Shown here: in pieces, positions 12,501-31,800 of the stretch | How positions within the stretch are numbered: position 1 is the first letter of the stretch | Layout of the letters: every line of letters starts with the position of its first letter | Source: the human T2T-CHM13v2.0 reference genome, Homo sapiens | NCBI RefSeq assembly: GCF_009914755.1 | Contig: NC_060944.1 | Length of the DNA stretch: 64,000 nucleotides | Reading direction: 5' to 3' (one strand) | Position numbers and translations under genes: made by a program | Notes under the pieces: generated by a model | What the model was told of the DNA's origin: nothing | Database searches by the model: none | Seen by the model: only the letters and a program-made list of their open reading frames with translations

Positions 12501-15500
12501 GCTTGTGTTGGAAAAGGAAATATCTTCAGATGAAACTACACAGAAGCATTCTCAGAAACATCTTTGGATATTTGCTTTCAACACATAGAATTGAACATTC
12601 GTTTTCTTAGAGCAGTTTTGAAACACTCTTATGTAAAATTTCCAAGTGAATATTTGGACCGCTTTGAGGTCTTCATTGGAAATGGTATATCTTCACAAAA
12701 AATAGACAGCAGCATTCACAGAAACTTCTTGGTGATGAGCATTCAACTCACAGAGTTGAAACGTTCTTTTGATAGAACAGTTTTGAAACAGTCTTTTTGT
12801 AGAATCAGCAAGTGGAAATTTGGAGGGCTTTGAGGTCTAATGTGGAAGAGGAAATATCTTCACATAAAAACTCCATAGAAGAATTCTCAGAAACCCCTCT
12901 GTGATGTCTGCATTCATCTCAAAGTGTTGAACCTTTCTTTTGATAGAGCAGTTTTGAAAGACACTTTTTGTAGAATCTGCACGTGGACATTTGAAGCTTT
13001 GAGGCCTAAGGGGAAAAAGGAAATATCTTCACATAAAAACTACACCGAAGTATTCTCAGAAACTTCTTTGTGGTGTTTGCTTTCAACTCACTGATTTGAA
13101 CATTCCTTTTCATACAGCAGTTTTGAAACACTCTTTTTGAAAGATCTGCAAGAGGACATTTGGAGCGCTTTGAGGCCTATGGTGAAAAAGGAAATATCTT
13201 CACATACAAACTACACAGAAGCATTGTCAGAAATTTATTTCTGATATGTGCATTCAACATACAGAGTTGAACCCTTCTTTTGATAGAGCAGTTTTGAAAC
13301 ACTCTTTTTGTAGTATCTGCAAGTAGACATTTGGAGAGCCTTGTGTCCTATAGTGAAAAAGTCAATGTCTTCACATAAAAACTAGACAAAAGCATGCTCG
13401 GAAACTTCTTTTTGATGTCTGCATTCAACTCACAGAGTTGTACTGTTCTCTCGATAGAGCAGTTTTGAAACACTCTTTTTGTAGAATATGCAAGTGGAAA
13501 TTTAGAGCTCTTTGAGGCCTACGGTGAAGAAGGAAATATTTTCACATAAAAACTTCACAGAAGGATTCTCAGAAACTTCTTTGTGATGTGTGCATTCAAC
13601 TCACAGAGTTGAACGTTTCTCTTTATAGAGCAGTTTTGCAACACTCTTTTTGTAGAATCTGCAAGTGGACATTTGGATCGCTTTGAGGCCTTTGGTGAAA
13701 AATGAAATATCTTCACATAAAAACTACAAAGAAGCATTCTCAGAAACATCTTTGTGTTGTTTGCTTTCAACTCACAGATTTGACATTCCTTTTCATAGAG
13801 CAGTTTTGAGACATTCTTTTTGTAGAATTTGCAAGTGTATATTTGGACTGCTTTGAGGTATTTGTTGGAAAAGGGATATCTTCAAAAAACTAGACAGAAG
13901 CATTATCAGAATCTTCTTTGTGATGCATGCATTCAACTCACAGAGATGAACGTTCTTTTGATAGAGAAGTTTTGAAAAACTCTTTTTGTAGAATCTGCAA
14001 GTGGACATTTGGAGTGCTATGAGGCCTAAATTGAAAAAAGAAATATCACATAAAAACTACACAGCAGCATTCTCAGAAACTTCTTTGTGTTGTTTGCTTT
14101 CAACTGACAGATTTGAACATTCCTTTTCATAGAGTAGTTTTGAAATACTCTTTCTGTAGAATTTGCAAGTGGATATTAGGACAGCTTTAAGGACTTCGTT
14201 GGAAACGGAATATCTTCAAAAAACTAGACGGAAGCATTCTCAGAAACTTCTTTGTGATGTGTGCATTCAACTCACAGAGTTGAACCATTCTTTTGACAGA
14301 ACAGTTTTGAAACACTCTTTTTGTGGAATCTGCAAGTGGACATTTGGAGCGCTATGAGGACTAAATTGAAAAAGGAAATATCTTCACATAGAAACTACAC
14401 AGAAGCATTCTCAGAAACCTGTTTGTGTTGTGTGCATTCAACCCACGGAGTTGAACATTCCTTTTCATAGATCAGTTTTGCAACACTCTCTTTGTAGAAT
14501 TCGCAAGTGGATATTTGGACCACTTTGAGGCCTTCGATGGAAACGGGATGTTTTCACATAAAAAGTAGACAGAAGCATTCTCAGAAACTTCTTTGTGATG
14601 TGTGCATTCATCTTATGGAGTTGAACCGTTCTTTTGATGGAGCAGATTTGAAACACTCTTTTTGTAGAATTTGCAAGTGTATATTTCGACCGCTTTGCGG
14701 CCTTCATTGGAAACGGAATGTCTTCACAAAAACTAGATGGAAGCATTCTCAGAAACTTCTTTGTGATGTGTGCATTCAACTCACAGAGTTGAACCGTTCT
14801 TTTGATAGAACAGTTTTGAAACACTCTTTTTGTGGAATCTGCAAGTGGCCATTGGGAACGCTTTGAGGTCTGTGGTGGAAAAGGAAATATCTTCACGTGA
14901 AACTACACAGAAGAATTCTCAGAAACTTCTTTGGATGTTTGTTTTCAACTAACAGAATTCAACATTCTTTTTCATTGAGCAGTTTTGAAACACTCTTATG
15001 TAGAATTTGCAAGTAGATATTTGGACTGCTTTGAGGCCTTCGTTGGAAACGGGATATCTTCACAAAAACTAGACAAAAGGAGTCTCAGAAACAACATTGT
15101 CATGTGAGCATTCAACTCACAGAATTGAACTACTCTTTTGATAGAGCAGTTTTTAACACTCTTTTTGTAGAACCAGCAACTGGACATTTGGAGCACTAAG
15201 AGGCCTAAGGTTAAAATGGAAATATCTTCACATAAAAACTACACTGAAGCATTCTCAGAAACTTCTTTGTGATGCGTGCATTCAACTCACAGAGTTGAAC
15301 CTTTCTTTTGATAGATCAGTTTTGAAACAGTCTTTTTGTAGAATCTGCATGTGGACATTTTGAGTGCTTTGAGGCCTATGGTGAATAAGGAAATATTTTC
15401 ACATAAAAACTACACAGAAGCATTGTCAGAAACTACTTTGTGATGTTTGCTTTCAACTCACAGAGTTGAACATTCGTTTTCATAGAGCTGTTTTGAAACT

Positions 15501-16844
15501 CTCTTTTTGCAGAATTTCCAAGGGGATATTTGGAGCGCTTTGAGGCCTGTGGTGAAAAAGGAAATATCTTCACGCAAAAATAGACCGAAGCATTCCCAGA
15601 AACTTCTTTGTGATGTGTGCATTCAACTCACGGAGTTTAACCTTTCTTTGGATAGATCAGTTTTGAAACAATCTTTTTGTAGAATCTGCAAGTGGACAAT
15701 TGGGGTGCTTTGAGGCCTATGGTGAAGAAGGATGTATCTTCACAGAAAAACTTCACGGAAGAATTCTCAGAAACTTCTTTGTGATGGCTGCATTCAACTC
15801 ACAGAGTTGAACCATTCTTTTGATAGAGAAGTTTTGAAACACACTTTTTCTAGAATCTGCATGTGGACATTTGGAGCGCTTTGAGGCCTGTGATGAAAAA
15901 GGAAATATTTTCACATAAAAATTACACAGAAGCATTCTCAGAAACTTCTTTGTGCTGTTTGCTTTCAACTCACAGAGTTGAATATTCCTTTTCATAGAGC
16001 AGTTTTGAAACACTCTTTTTGTAGTATTTGCAAGTGGATATTTATACTGCTTTGAGGCCTTCGTTGGAAACGGGATATCTTCAAAAAACTAGACAGAAGC
16101 ATTCTCAGAAACTTCTTTGTGATGTGTGCATTCAACGCACAGAAGTGAACCGTTCTTTTGATGGAGCAGTTTTGAAAAACTCTTTTTGAAAAATATGCAA
16201 GTGGCCATTTGGAACGCTTTCAGGACTTTGCTGGAAAAGGGAATATCTTCAGATAAAAGTACACAGAAGAATTCTCAGAAACTTCTTTGGATGTTTGTTT
16301 TCAACTCACAGAATTGAACATTCCTTTTCATAGAGCAGTTTTGAAACACCCTTATGTAGAATTTGCAAGTGGACATTTGGAGCGCTTTGAGGCCCTCGTT
16401 GGAAACGGGAGATCTTCACCAAAACTAGACACAAGCAGTCTCAGAAACTACTTTGTGATGTGTGCATTCAACTCACAGATTTGAACCGTTATTTTGATAG
16501 AGCAATTTTGAAACACTCTTTTTGTAGAATCTGCAAGTGGCCATTGGGAACGCTTTGAGGCCTGTGATGGAAAAGGAAATATCTTCAGATGAAACTACAC
16601 AGAATAATTCTCAGAATCTTCTTTGGATTTTTTTTCAAATCACAGCATTGAACATTCTTTTTCATAGAGCAGTTTTGAAACACTCTTATGTAGAACTTGC
16701 AAGTGGATATTTGGAACGCTTTGAGGCCTTCGTTGGAAACAGGATATCTTCACAAAAACTAGACAGAAGCAATCTCTGAAACTACTTTGTGATGTGTGCA
16801 TTCAGAGTTGAAACTTTCTTTTGATAGAGCCGTTTAGAAACACT
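6587..16844 (+). repeat. Alpha satellite, layer 1 continued
   Basis: Same monomers with the layer signature GGGATATCTTCACAAAAACTAGAC (shortened B monomer), TGTTTGCTTTCAAC and ACTACACAGAAG. Confidence 0.97.
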
Positions 16845-20551
<3,707 letters not shown>

Positions 20552-20554
<3 letters not shown>

Positions 20555-23500
20555 AAACACTCTTTATGTAGAATCTGCAAGTGGACATTTGGAGTGTTTT
20601 GAGACCCATGTTGAAAAAGGAAATATCTTCCCATAAAAACTACACAGAAGCTTTCTCAGAAACTTCTCTGTGATGTTTGCTTTCAACTCACACAGTTGAA
20701 CATTTGTTTTGATAGAGCAGTTTTGAAACACTCTTTTTGTAGAATCTGCACGTGGACATTTGGAGCACTTTGAGGCCAGTGGAGAAAAAGGAAATATCCT
20801 CACACGAAAACTACACAGAAGCATTCTCAGAATCTTCTTTGTGTTGTTTGCTTTCAACTCACAGAGTTGAACGTTCCTTTTCATGGAGCAGTTTTGAAAC
20901 AATCTTTTTGTAGAATTTGCAAGTGGATATTTGGACTGCTTTGAGACCTTCGTTGAAACGGGATATCTTCAAAAAGTAGACAAAACCATTCTCAGAATCT
21001 TCTTTGTGATATTTGCATTCAACGCACAGTGGTGAACCATTCTTTTGATACAGCATTTTTGAAACACTCTTTTTGTAGAATCTGGAAGTGGCCATTTGGA
21101 ACGCTTTGAGGCTTGTCTTTTGAAAAGGAAATATCTTCAGATAAAACTACACAGAAGAATTCTCAGAAACTTCTTTGGATGTTTGTTTTCAACTGACAGA
21201 ATTGAACATTCCTTTTCATAGAGCAGTTTTCAAACACTCTTATGTGGAATTTGCAACTTGATATTTGGACAGCTTTGAGGCTCTCCTTGGAAATGGGATA
21301 TCTTCACAAAAACTAGATACAAGCAGTCTCAGACACTACTTTACGATGTGTGCATTCAACTCACAGATTTGAACGGTTCTTTTGATAGAGAAATTTTGAA
21401 ACACACTTTTTGTAGAATCAGCAAGTGGACATTTGGAGCGCTTTGAGGCATCTGGTGAAACAGGAAATATCTTCACAAAAATAGACAGTAGCATTCTCAG
21501 AAACTTCTTTGTGATGTGTGCATTCAACTCCCAGAATTTAACCCTTCTTTGGATAGAGCAGTTTTGAAACAATCGTTTTCTAGAATCTGCAAGTGGACAA
21601 CTGGAGCGCTTTGAGGCCTATGGTGAAAAAGGATATATGTTCACATAAAAACTTCATGGAACCATTCTCAAAAACTTCTTTGTGATGTGTGCATTCAACT
21701 CACAGAGTTGAACCGTTCTTTTGATAGAGCAGTTTTGAAACACTCTTTTTGTAGAATCTGCATGTGGATATTTGGAGCGCTTTGAGGACTGTGGTGGAAA
21801 AGGAAATATTTTCACATAAAAATTACACTGAAGCATTCTCAGAAACTTCTTTGGGTTGTTTGCTTTCAACTCTCAGAGTTGAATATTCCTTTTCAGAGAG
21901 AAGTTTTGAAACACTGTTTTTGTAGAATTTGCAAGTGGATATTTGTACCGCTTTGAGGCCTTCGTTGGAAACGGGATATCTTCACAAAAACTAGACAGAA
22001 GCATTCTCAGAATCTTCTTTTTGATGTGTACATTCAACTCACAGGGTTGAACCTTTCTTTTGATAGAGCAGTTTTGAAACACACTTTTTGTAGTATCTGC
22101 AAGTGGACAATTGGAGCTCTTCTGGGCCTTTGGTGAAAAAGAACGTATCTTCACAGAAAAACTACACAGAGGCATTCTCAGAAACTACTTTGTGATGTGT
22201 GCATTCAACTCACAGAGTTGAACCTTTCTTTTGATGGATTAGTTTTGAAACACTCCTTTTGTAGAATCTGAAAGTGGGCATTTGGAGCGATTTGAGGCCT
22301 ATGGTAAAAAGGAAATATCTTCACATACAAACTAGACAGAAGCATTCTCAGAAACTTCTTTGTGATGTGTGCATTCAACTCACAGAGTTGAACGTTTCTT
22401 TTGATAGAGCAGTTGTGAAACATTCTTTTTTTAGGATCTGCTTGTGGACATTTGGAGCGCTTTGAGGCCTATGTTGAATAAGGAAATATCTTCGCATAAA
22501 AACTACACAGAAGCATTCTCAGAAACTACTTTGTGATGTTTGCTTTCAACTCACAGAGTTGAACATTCCTTTTCATAGAGCCGTTTTGAAACTCTCTTTT
22601 TGCAGAATTTGCAAGTGGATACTTGTAACGCTTTGAGTACTGTGGTGAAAAAGGAAATATCTTCACATGAAAAGTAGACAGAAGCATTCTCAGAAACTTC
22701 TTTGTGATGTGTTCATTCAAATCGCAGAGTTGAACCTTTCTTTTGATAGAGCAGTTTTGAAACAGTCTTTTTGTAGAATCTGCATGTGGACATTTGGAGC
22801 GCTTTGGGGCCTATGGTGAATAAGGAAATATCTTCACATAAAAACTATGCAGAAGCATTCTCAGAAAATACTTTGTGATATTTGCTTTCAACTCATGGAG
22901 TTGAACATTTCTTTTCATAGAGCCGTTTTGAAACTGTCTTTTTGTGGAATTTGCAAGTGGATATTTGGAGCGCTTTGAGACCTGTGGTGAAAAAGTAAAT
23001 ATGTTCACATAAAAATAGACAGAAGCATTCTCAGAAACTTCTTTGTGATGTGCGCATTCAACTCACAGTGTTTAACCTTTCTTTGTACAGAGCAGTTTTG
23101 AAACAATGTTTTTGTAGAATCTGCAAGTGGACATTTGGGGCGCTTTGGGGCCTATGGTGAAAAAGGATATATATTCACATAAAAACTTCATGGAAGCATT
23201 CTCAGAAACTTCTTTGTGATGTGTGCATTCAACTCACAGAGTTGAACCATTCTTTTGATAGAGCAGTTTTGAAACACTCTTTTTGTAGAATCTGCATGTG
23301 GACATTTGGAGCGCTTTGAGGCCTGTTGTTAAAAAGGGAATATTTTCACATAAAAATTACACAGAAGCATTCTCAGAAACTTCTTTGTGTTGTTTGTTTT
23401 CAACTCTCAGAGTTGAGTATTCCCTTTCATAGAGAAGTTTTGAAACACTCTTTTTGTAGAATTTGCAAGTGGATATTTGTACTGCTTTGAGGCCTTCATT

Positions 23501-26500
23501 GGAAGTGGGATATCTTCACAAAAACCAGACAGAAGCATTCTCAGAAACTTCTTTGTGATGTGTACATTCAACTCACAGGGTTGAACATTTCTTTTGATAG
23601 AGCAGTTTTGAAACACACTTTTTGTAGAATATGTAAATGGAAATTGGAGCTCGTTTGGGCCTATGGTGAAAAAGGAAGAATCTTCACATAAAAACTACAC
23701 AGAAGCATTCTCAGAAACTTCTTTGTGATGTGTGCATTGAACTCACAGAGTTGAACCTTACTTTTGATAGAGCAGTTTTCAAACACTCTTTCTCTAGAAT
23801 CTGCATGTGGACATTTGGAGCGCTTTGAGGCATGTGGTGAAAAAGGACATATTTTCACATAAAAATTACACAGAAGCATTCTCAGAAACTTCTTTGTGTT
23901 GTTTGCTTTCAACTCTCAGAGTTGAATATTCCTTTTCATAGAGAAATTTTGAAACACTCTTTTTGTAGAATTTGAAAGTGGATATTTCTACCGCTTTGAG
24001 GCCTTTGTTGGAAACGGAATATCTTCACAAAAACTAGACAGAAGCATTCTCAGAAACTTCTTTGTGATGTGTAAATTCAACTCACAGGGTGGAACATTTC
24101 TCTTGATAGAGCAGTTTTGAATCGCACTTTTTGTAGGATCTGCAAGTGGACAATTGGAACTCTATTGGGCCTATGGTGAAAAGGAAGTATCTTCACATAA
24201 AAACTACACAGAAGCATTCTCAGAAACTTCTTTGTGATGTGTGCATTCAACTCACAGAGTTGAACATTTCTTTTGATAGAGCAGTTTTGAAACACTCCTT
24301 TTGTAGAATCTGCAAGTGGACATTTGGAGCGCTTTGAGACCTGTGGAGAAAAAGGAAATATATTCCCATAAAAACTAAACAGAAGCTCTCTCAGAAACTA
24401 CTCTGTGATGTTTGCTTTGAACTCACAGAGGTGAACCTGTCTTTTGATACAGGAGTTTTGAAACACTTTTTTTTTAGAATCAGCAAATGAACTTTTGGAA
24501 CGCTTTGAGGCCTATGGTGAAAAGGAAATATCTTCACATAAAAACGACACAGAAGAATTCTCAGAAACTTCTTTATGATGTTTTCTTTCAACACACAGAG
24601 TTAAATATTCCTTTTAATAGAGCAATTTGGAAACACTCTTTTTGTAGAATTTGCAAGTGGATATTTGGACCTCTTTGAGGCCTTCTTTGGCAACGTTATA
24701 TCTTCACAAAAACTAGACGGAAGCATTCTCAGAAACTTCTTTGTGATATTTGCATTCAAATCACAGAGTTGAACCTTTCTTTTGAAAGAGCAGTTTAGAA
24801 ACACTTTTTATGTAGTATCTGCAAGTGTACATTTGGAGCGCTTTGAAGCCTATGGTGAAAAAGGAAATATCTTCCTGTAAAAACTACACAGAAGATTTCT
24901 CAGAAATCTCTTTGTGATGTTTGCTTTCAACCCACAGAGTTGAATCTTTCTCTTGATACAGCAGTTTTGAAACACTCCTTTTGTAGAAATTGCATGTGGA
25001 CATTTGGAGCACCTTGAGGCCTGTGGAGAAAATGGAAATATCTACACATGAAATCTGCACAGAAGCATTTTCAGAAACAACTTTGTGTTGTTTGCTTTCA
25101 ACTCAGAGTTGAACATTCCTTTTCATAGAGCAGTTTTGTAACACTCTTATGTAGAATTTGCAAGTGGACATTTGGACCTCTTTGAGGCCCTCGTTGGGAA
25201 CGAGATATCTTCACAAAAACTAGACACAAGCAGTCTCAGAAACTTCTTAGTGATGTGTGCATTCAACTCACAATGTTGAACAATTCTTTTGATAGAGCAG
25301 TTTTGAAACACTCTTTTTGTAGAATCTGCATGTGGACATTTGGAGCACTTTGAGGCCTGTGATGAAAAAGGAAATATTTTCACATAAAAACTACACAGAA
25401 GCATTCTTAGAAACTTCTTTGTGTTGTTTGCTTTCAACTCCCAGAGTTGAATATTTCTTTTCATGGAGAAGGTTTGAAACATTCTTTTTGTAGAATTTGC
25501 AAGTGGATATTTTGATCGCTTAGAGCCCTTCTTTGGAAATGGGATATCTTCACAAAAACTAGACAGAAGAATTCTCAGAAACTTCTTTGTGATGTGTACA
25601 TTCAACTCATAGAGTTGAACCTTTCTTTTGAGAGTGCTGTTTTGAAACACTCTTTTTGTACTATCTATTGGAAACAGGATATCTTAACCGAAACTAGACA
25701 GAAGCATTCTCAGAAACTTCTTTGTGAAGTGTGTATTCAACTCACAGAGTTGAACCGATCTTTTGACCAAGCAGTTTAGAAACACTCTTTTTGTAGTATC
25801 TGCAAGTGGACATTTGGTGCTCTTTGAGGCCTATGGTGAAAAAGGATATATCTTCACTTGAAAACTAGACAGAAGCATTCTCAGAAACTTCCTTGTGATG
25901 TGGGCATTCAACTCACAGAGTTGAACCACTCTTTGGATAGAGCAGTTTTGAAACACTCTGTTTGTGGAATCTGCAAGGGGACATTTGGAGTGTTTTGAGG
26001 CCTATGGTGAAAAAGGAAATATCTTCACATAAAAACTACACAGAAGCAATCTCTAAAACTTGTTTGTGATGTGTGCATTCAACTCACAGAGTTGAACATT
26101 CCTTTTCATAGAGCCGTTTTGAAACACACTTTTTGTGGAATCTGCAAGTCGACATTTGGAGCACTTTGAGGCCTGAAATGAAAAAGGAAATATCTTCACA
26201 TAAAAACTACACGGAAGCATTCTAAGAAACTTCTTTGTGATGTTTCCTTTCAACCCACAGAGTTGAACATTCTTTTTCATAGAGCAGTTTGGAAACCCTC
26301 TTTTTGTATAATTTGCAAGTGGATATTTCGACAGCTTTGAGGCCTTCATTGGAAATCGGGATATCTTCACAAAACTAGACAGAAGCATTATCAGAAACTA
26401 CCTTGTGATGTGTTCACTCAACTCACAGAGTTGAACGGTTGTTTTGATGAAGCAGTTTTGAAACACTCTTTTTGTAGGATCTGCAAGTGGACATTTGGAG

Positions 26501-28800
26501 CACTTTGAGGCCTGTGGTGAAGAAGGAAATATCTTCACATAAAAACTACACAGAAGCATTCTCAGAAACTGCTTTGTGATGTTTGCTTTCAACTCACAGA
26601 GTTGAACATTCCTTTTCTTAGAGCAGTTTTGAAACACTCTTTTTATAGAATTTGCAAGTGGATATTTGGACCGCTTTGAGGCATTCGTTGGATACGGGAT
26701 ATCTTCACATAAAAACTAGAGAGAAGCATTCCCAGAAACTTCTTTGTGATGTGTGCGTTCACTTCTCAGAGTTGAACTTTTCTTTTGAGAGAGCAGTTTT
26801 GAAACACTCTTTTTGAAGAATCTGCAAATGGACATTTGGAGCGCTTAGAGGCCTAAAGTGAAAAAGGAAATATCTTCTCATAAAAAGTAGACAGAAGCAT
26901 TCTCAGAATATACTTTCTGATTTGTGCATTCAACTCACAGTGTTGAACCTTTCTTTTGGCAGAGCAGTTTTGAAACTTGGAGCGCTTTGAGGCCTGTGGT
27001 GAAAAAGGAAATATCTTCACATAAAAACTACACAGAAGCATTCTCAGAAACCTCATTGTGTTGTTTGCTTTCAACCCACAGAGTTGAACATTCTTTTTCA
27101 TAGAGCAGTTTTGAAACCCTCTTTTTGTATAATTTGCAAGTGGATATTTGGACCGATTTGAGGCCTTTGTTGGAAACATGTTATCTTCACAAAAACTAGA
27201 AAAACCATTCTCAGAAACTTCTTTGTGAAGTTTGCATTCAAATCAGAGAGTTGAACATGCCTTTTAATAGAGCAGTTTTGAAACACTCTTTTTGTAGAAT
27301 CTGCAACTGGACATTTGGAGCGCTTTGAGACCTATGGTGAAAAAGGAAATGTCTTCACATAAAAACTACACAGAAGCATTCTCAGAAACCTCTTTGTGTT
27401 GTTTGCTTTCAACCCACAGAGTTGATCATTCTTTTTCATAGAGCAGTTTGGAAAAACTCTTTTTGTAGAGTTTGCAAGTGGATATTTGGACCGATTTGAG
27501 GCCTTTGTTGGAAATGGTCTATCTTCACATAAACTACACAGAAGCATCCCCAGAAACTTCTTTGTGATGTGTGCCTTCAATTCACGGAGTTGAACATTTC
27601 TTTTCATAGAGCAGTTATGAAACACCGTTTTTGTAGAATCTGCCAGTGATCATTTGTGGAGCTTTGAGGTCTGCGGTGAAAAAGGAAATATCTTCACATA
27701 AAAACTAGACAGAGGCATTCTCAGAAACTTCTTTGTGATGTGTGCATTCAACTCTTAGAGTTGAACGTTGCTTTTGATAGAGCAGTTTTGGAACGCTCTT
27801 TTTGTATAATCTGTAAGTGGACATTTAGTACGCTTTGAGGTCTATGCTGAAAAAGGAAATATCTTCACATAAAAACTAGACAGAAGCATTATCAGAAACT
27901 TCTTTGTGATGTGTGCTTTCAACTCACAGAGTTGAACATTCCTTTTGATAGAAGAGTTTTGAAAGGCTCTTTTTGTAGAATCTGTAACCTAATATTTGAT
28001 TCGCTTTGAGGAATTCGTTTGAAACGGTAATATCTTCACATAAAAATTAGACTGAAGCATTCTCAGAAACTTCTTGTGATAAGTGCATTCAGCTAACAGA
28101 GTTGAACCTTTCTGTTGATAGAAGAGATTTGAAACACTCTTTTTGTAGAATCTGCAGGTGGATATTTGGACCGCTTTGAGGACTTCAATGGAAATGAGAA
28201 TATCTTCATATAAAAGCTAGACAGAAGCATTATCAGAAACTACTTTCCGATGTATGCATTCAACACATAGAGTTCAACCTTTGTTTTGATAGAGCCGTTT
28301 TGAAACACTGTTTTTGTAGAATCTGCAAGGGGACATTTGGAGCGCTTGAGGCCTATGGTGAAAAAGGAAATTTCTTCATATAAAAACTGGCAGAAGCATT
28401 CTCAGAAACTTCCTTGTGATGTGTGTATTCAACTCACAGAGTTGAACATTGCTTTTGATTCAGCAGTTTTGAAACTTGTAGAATCTGCAAGTGGATATAT
28501 GGACCACTAAGAGGAATTTGCTGGAAACTGTGTATTTTCACATAAAAACCAGACAGAAACATACTCAGAAACCTCTTTGTGATGTGTGCATTTAAATCAC
28601 GGAGTTGACCATTCCTTTTGATAGAGCAGTTTTGAAACACTCTTTTTGTAGAATCTGCATGTGGACATTTGGAGCACTTTGAGGCCTATGGTAAAAAAGA
28701 AAATATCTTCTCATAACAAATAGAAAGAAGCATTCTCAGAAACTTCTTTATGATGTGTGCATTCAACTCACAGAGTCGAACATTCCTTTTGATAGAGCTG
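20552..28800 (+). repeat. Alpha satellite, layer 1 continued, with transition at ~27.6-28.8 kb
   Basis: The layer-1 signature persists to ~27.55 kb, after which monomers are close to generic consensus. Boundary approximate. Confidence 0.93.
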
Positions 28801-31800
28801 TTTTGAAACACTCTTTTTGTAGAATCTGCAAGTGGACATTTGGATCACTTTGAGGCCTTCGATCGAAATGGGAATGTCTTCACATAAAAACTAGACGGAA
28901 AAATTCTGAGAAACTTCCTTGTGATATGTGCCTTTAACCCACAGATTTGAACAGTTCTTTTGATAGAGCAGTTTTGAAACACTCTCTTTATAGAATCTGC
29001 AAGTGGACATTTGGTGTGCTTTGAGGCCTGTGGTGAAAAAGGAAATATCTTCACATAAAAACTAGAAAGAAGCATGCTCAGAAACTTCTTTATGATGTGT
29101 GAACTCAACTCACATAGTTGAATCTTTCTTTTGGTAGAGCAGTTTAGAAACACTCTCTTTGTAGTATCTGCAGGTGGATATTTGGACAGCTTTGAGGCTT
29201 TCATTGGAAACGGGAATATCTTCAAATAAAAACTAGACAGAAGCATTCTCAGAAACTTTTTTGTGATGTGTGTATCCAACTCACAGAGTTGAGCATTCTT
29301 TTTCATAGAGCAGTTTTGAAACACTCTTTTTGTACAATCTGCAAGTCGACATTTGGAGCGCTTTGAGGCCTTTGTTCGAAACGGGAATATCTTCACATAA
29401 AAACTAGAAAGACCCATTCTCAGAAACTTCTTTGTGATGTGTGCATTCAACTCACTGAGTTGAACCCTTCTTTTGAGAGAGCAGTTCTGAAACACTCTCT
29501 TTGTAGTATCTGCAAGTGGACTTTTGGTGTGCTTCGAGGCCTATGGTGAAAAAGAAAATATCTTAACATAAAAACTAGACAGAAGCATTCTCAGAAACTA
29601 CTTAGTGATGTGTGCATTTAACACACAGAGTTCAACTTTCCTTTTCATAGAGCAGTTTTGAAACACTCTTTCTGTAGAGTTTGCAAGTGGACATTTGGAG
29701 TGCTTGGAGGCCTATGGTGAAAAAGGAAATATCTTAACATAAAAACAAGACAGAAGCAATCTCAGAAACTTCTTTGTGATGTGTGCACTCAACTGACCCA
29801 GGTGAAACTTTCTTTTGATAGAGCAGTTTTGAAACACTCTTTTTGTAGAATCTGCAAGTGGACATTTGGAGTGATTTGTGGCCTTCATTGGAAATGGGAA
29901 TATCTTTACATAAAAACTAGACAGAAGCATTTTCAGAAATTTATTTGTGATGTTGGCATTTAACTCAAAGAGTTCAACATTCTTTTTCATAGAGCAGTTT
30001 TCAAACCCTCTTTGTGTAGAATATGCAAGTGGACATTTGGAGCGCTTGGAGGCCTATGGTGAAAAGGAAATATCTTCACATAAAAACTAGACAGAAGCAT
30101 TCTCAGAAACTACTTTTTGATGTGTGTACTCACCTCACAGAGTTGAACACTTCTTTTGCTAGAGCAGTTTTGTAACCCTCTTTTTGAAGCATTTATAAGT
30201 GGATATTTGGACAGCTTTGAGGCTTTCGTTGGAACCGGGAATATCTTAACATAAAAACTAGACAGAAGCCTTCTCAGAAACTTCTTTGTGATGTGTGCAT
30301 TCAACTCACAGTGTTGAAACTTTCTTTAAATAGTGCAGATTTGAAACACTCTTTTTGTAGAATTTCCAAGTGGATATTTAGAGAGCTTTGAGGCCTTCGT
30401 AGGAAAAGGGAGTATCATAACATAAAAACTAGGCAGAAGCATTCTCAGAAACTTCTTTGTGATGTTTGCATTCAACTCACACAGTTGACCGTTACTTTTC
30501 ATGGAGCAGTTTTAAACAATCTTTTTGTAGAATCTGGAGGTAGACATTTGGAGCGCTTTGAGGCCTACTGTGAAAAGGAAATATCTTCACATAAAAACTA
30601 GACAGAAGCATTTTCAGAAACTTCATTGTGATGTGTGTACTCAACTCACAGAGATGAACCTTACTTTTGATAGAGCAGTTTTGAAACTCACTTTTTGTAG
30701 AATCTGCAAATGGTTATTTGGACAGCTTTGAGGCTTTCGTTGGAAACGGGAATATATTCACGTAAAAACTAGACTGAATCATTCTCAGAAACTTCTTTGT
30801 GATGTGTGTATTCAACTCACAGAGTTGAACATTCCTTTTCATAGAGCAGTTTTGAAACACTCTTTTTGTACAATCTGCAAGTCGACATTTGGAGCGCTTT
30901 GAGGTCTTCGTTCGAAACGGGAATATCTTCACATGAAAACTAGAAAGAACCATTCTCAGAAACTTCTTTGTGATGTGTGCATTCAACCCACTGAGTTGAA
31001 CCCTTCTTTTGAGAGAGTAGTTCTGAAACACTCTCTTTGTAGAATCTGCAAGTGGACGTTTTGTGTGCTTTGAGGCCTATGGTGAAAAAGGAAATATCTT
31101 AACATAAAAACTAGACAGAAGCATTCTCAGAAACTTCTTTGTGATGTGTGCATTTAACTCACAGAGTTCAACTTTCCTTTTCACAGAGCAGTTTTGAAAC
31201 ACTCTTTGTGTAGAGTCTGCAAGTGGACATTTGGAGTGCTTGGAGGCCTATGGTGAAAAAGGAAATATCTTCACATAAAAACTAGACAGAAGCATTCTCA
31301 GAAACTTCTTTTTGATGTGTGTACTCACCTCACAGAGATGAACCCTTCTTTTGGTAGAGCAGTTTTGTAACCCTCTTTTTGAAGCATTTGCAAGTGGATA
31401 TTTGGACAGCTTTGAGGCTTTCGTTGGAACCGGGAATATCTTAACATAAAAACTAGACAGAAGCCTTCTCAGAAACTTCTTTGTGATGAGAGCATTCAAC
31501 TCACAGTGTTGAAACTTTCTTTAAATGGTGCAGATTTGAAACACTCTTTTTGTAGAATTTCCAAGTGGATATTTAGACAGCTTTGAGGACTTCGCTGGAA
31601 ACGGGAGTATCTTAACATAAAAACTAGGCAGAAGCATTTTCAGAAACTTCCTTGTGATGTTTGCATTCAACACACATATTTGACCATGACTTTTCATTGA
31701 GCAGTTTTGAAACACTCTTTCTGTAGAATCTGCAGGTAGACATTTGGAGTGCTTTGAGGCCTACTGTCAAAAGGAAATGTCTTCACATAAAAACTAGACA

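Noticed and set aside
25655-28480. Short intramonomer deletions (~25665, ~26976, ~28476; also ~4370, ~8180, ~37372, ~59712)
   Set aside because: Ordinary decay of a non-homogenised array, with no shared pattern evident.
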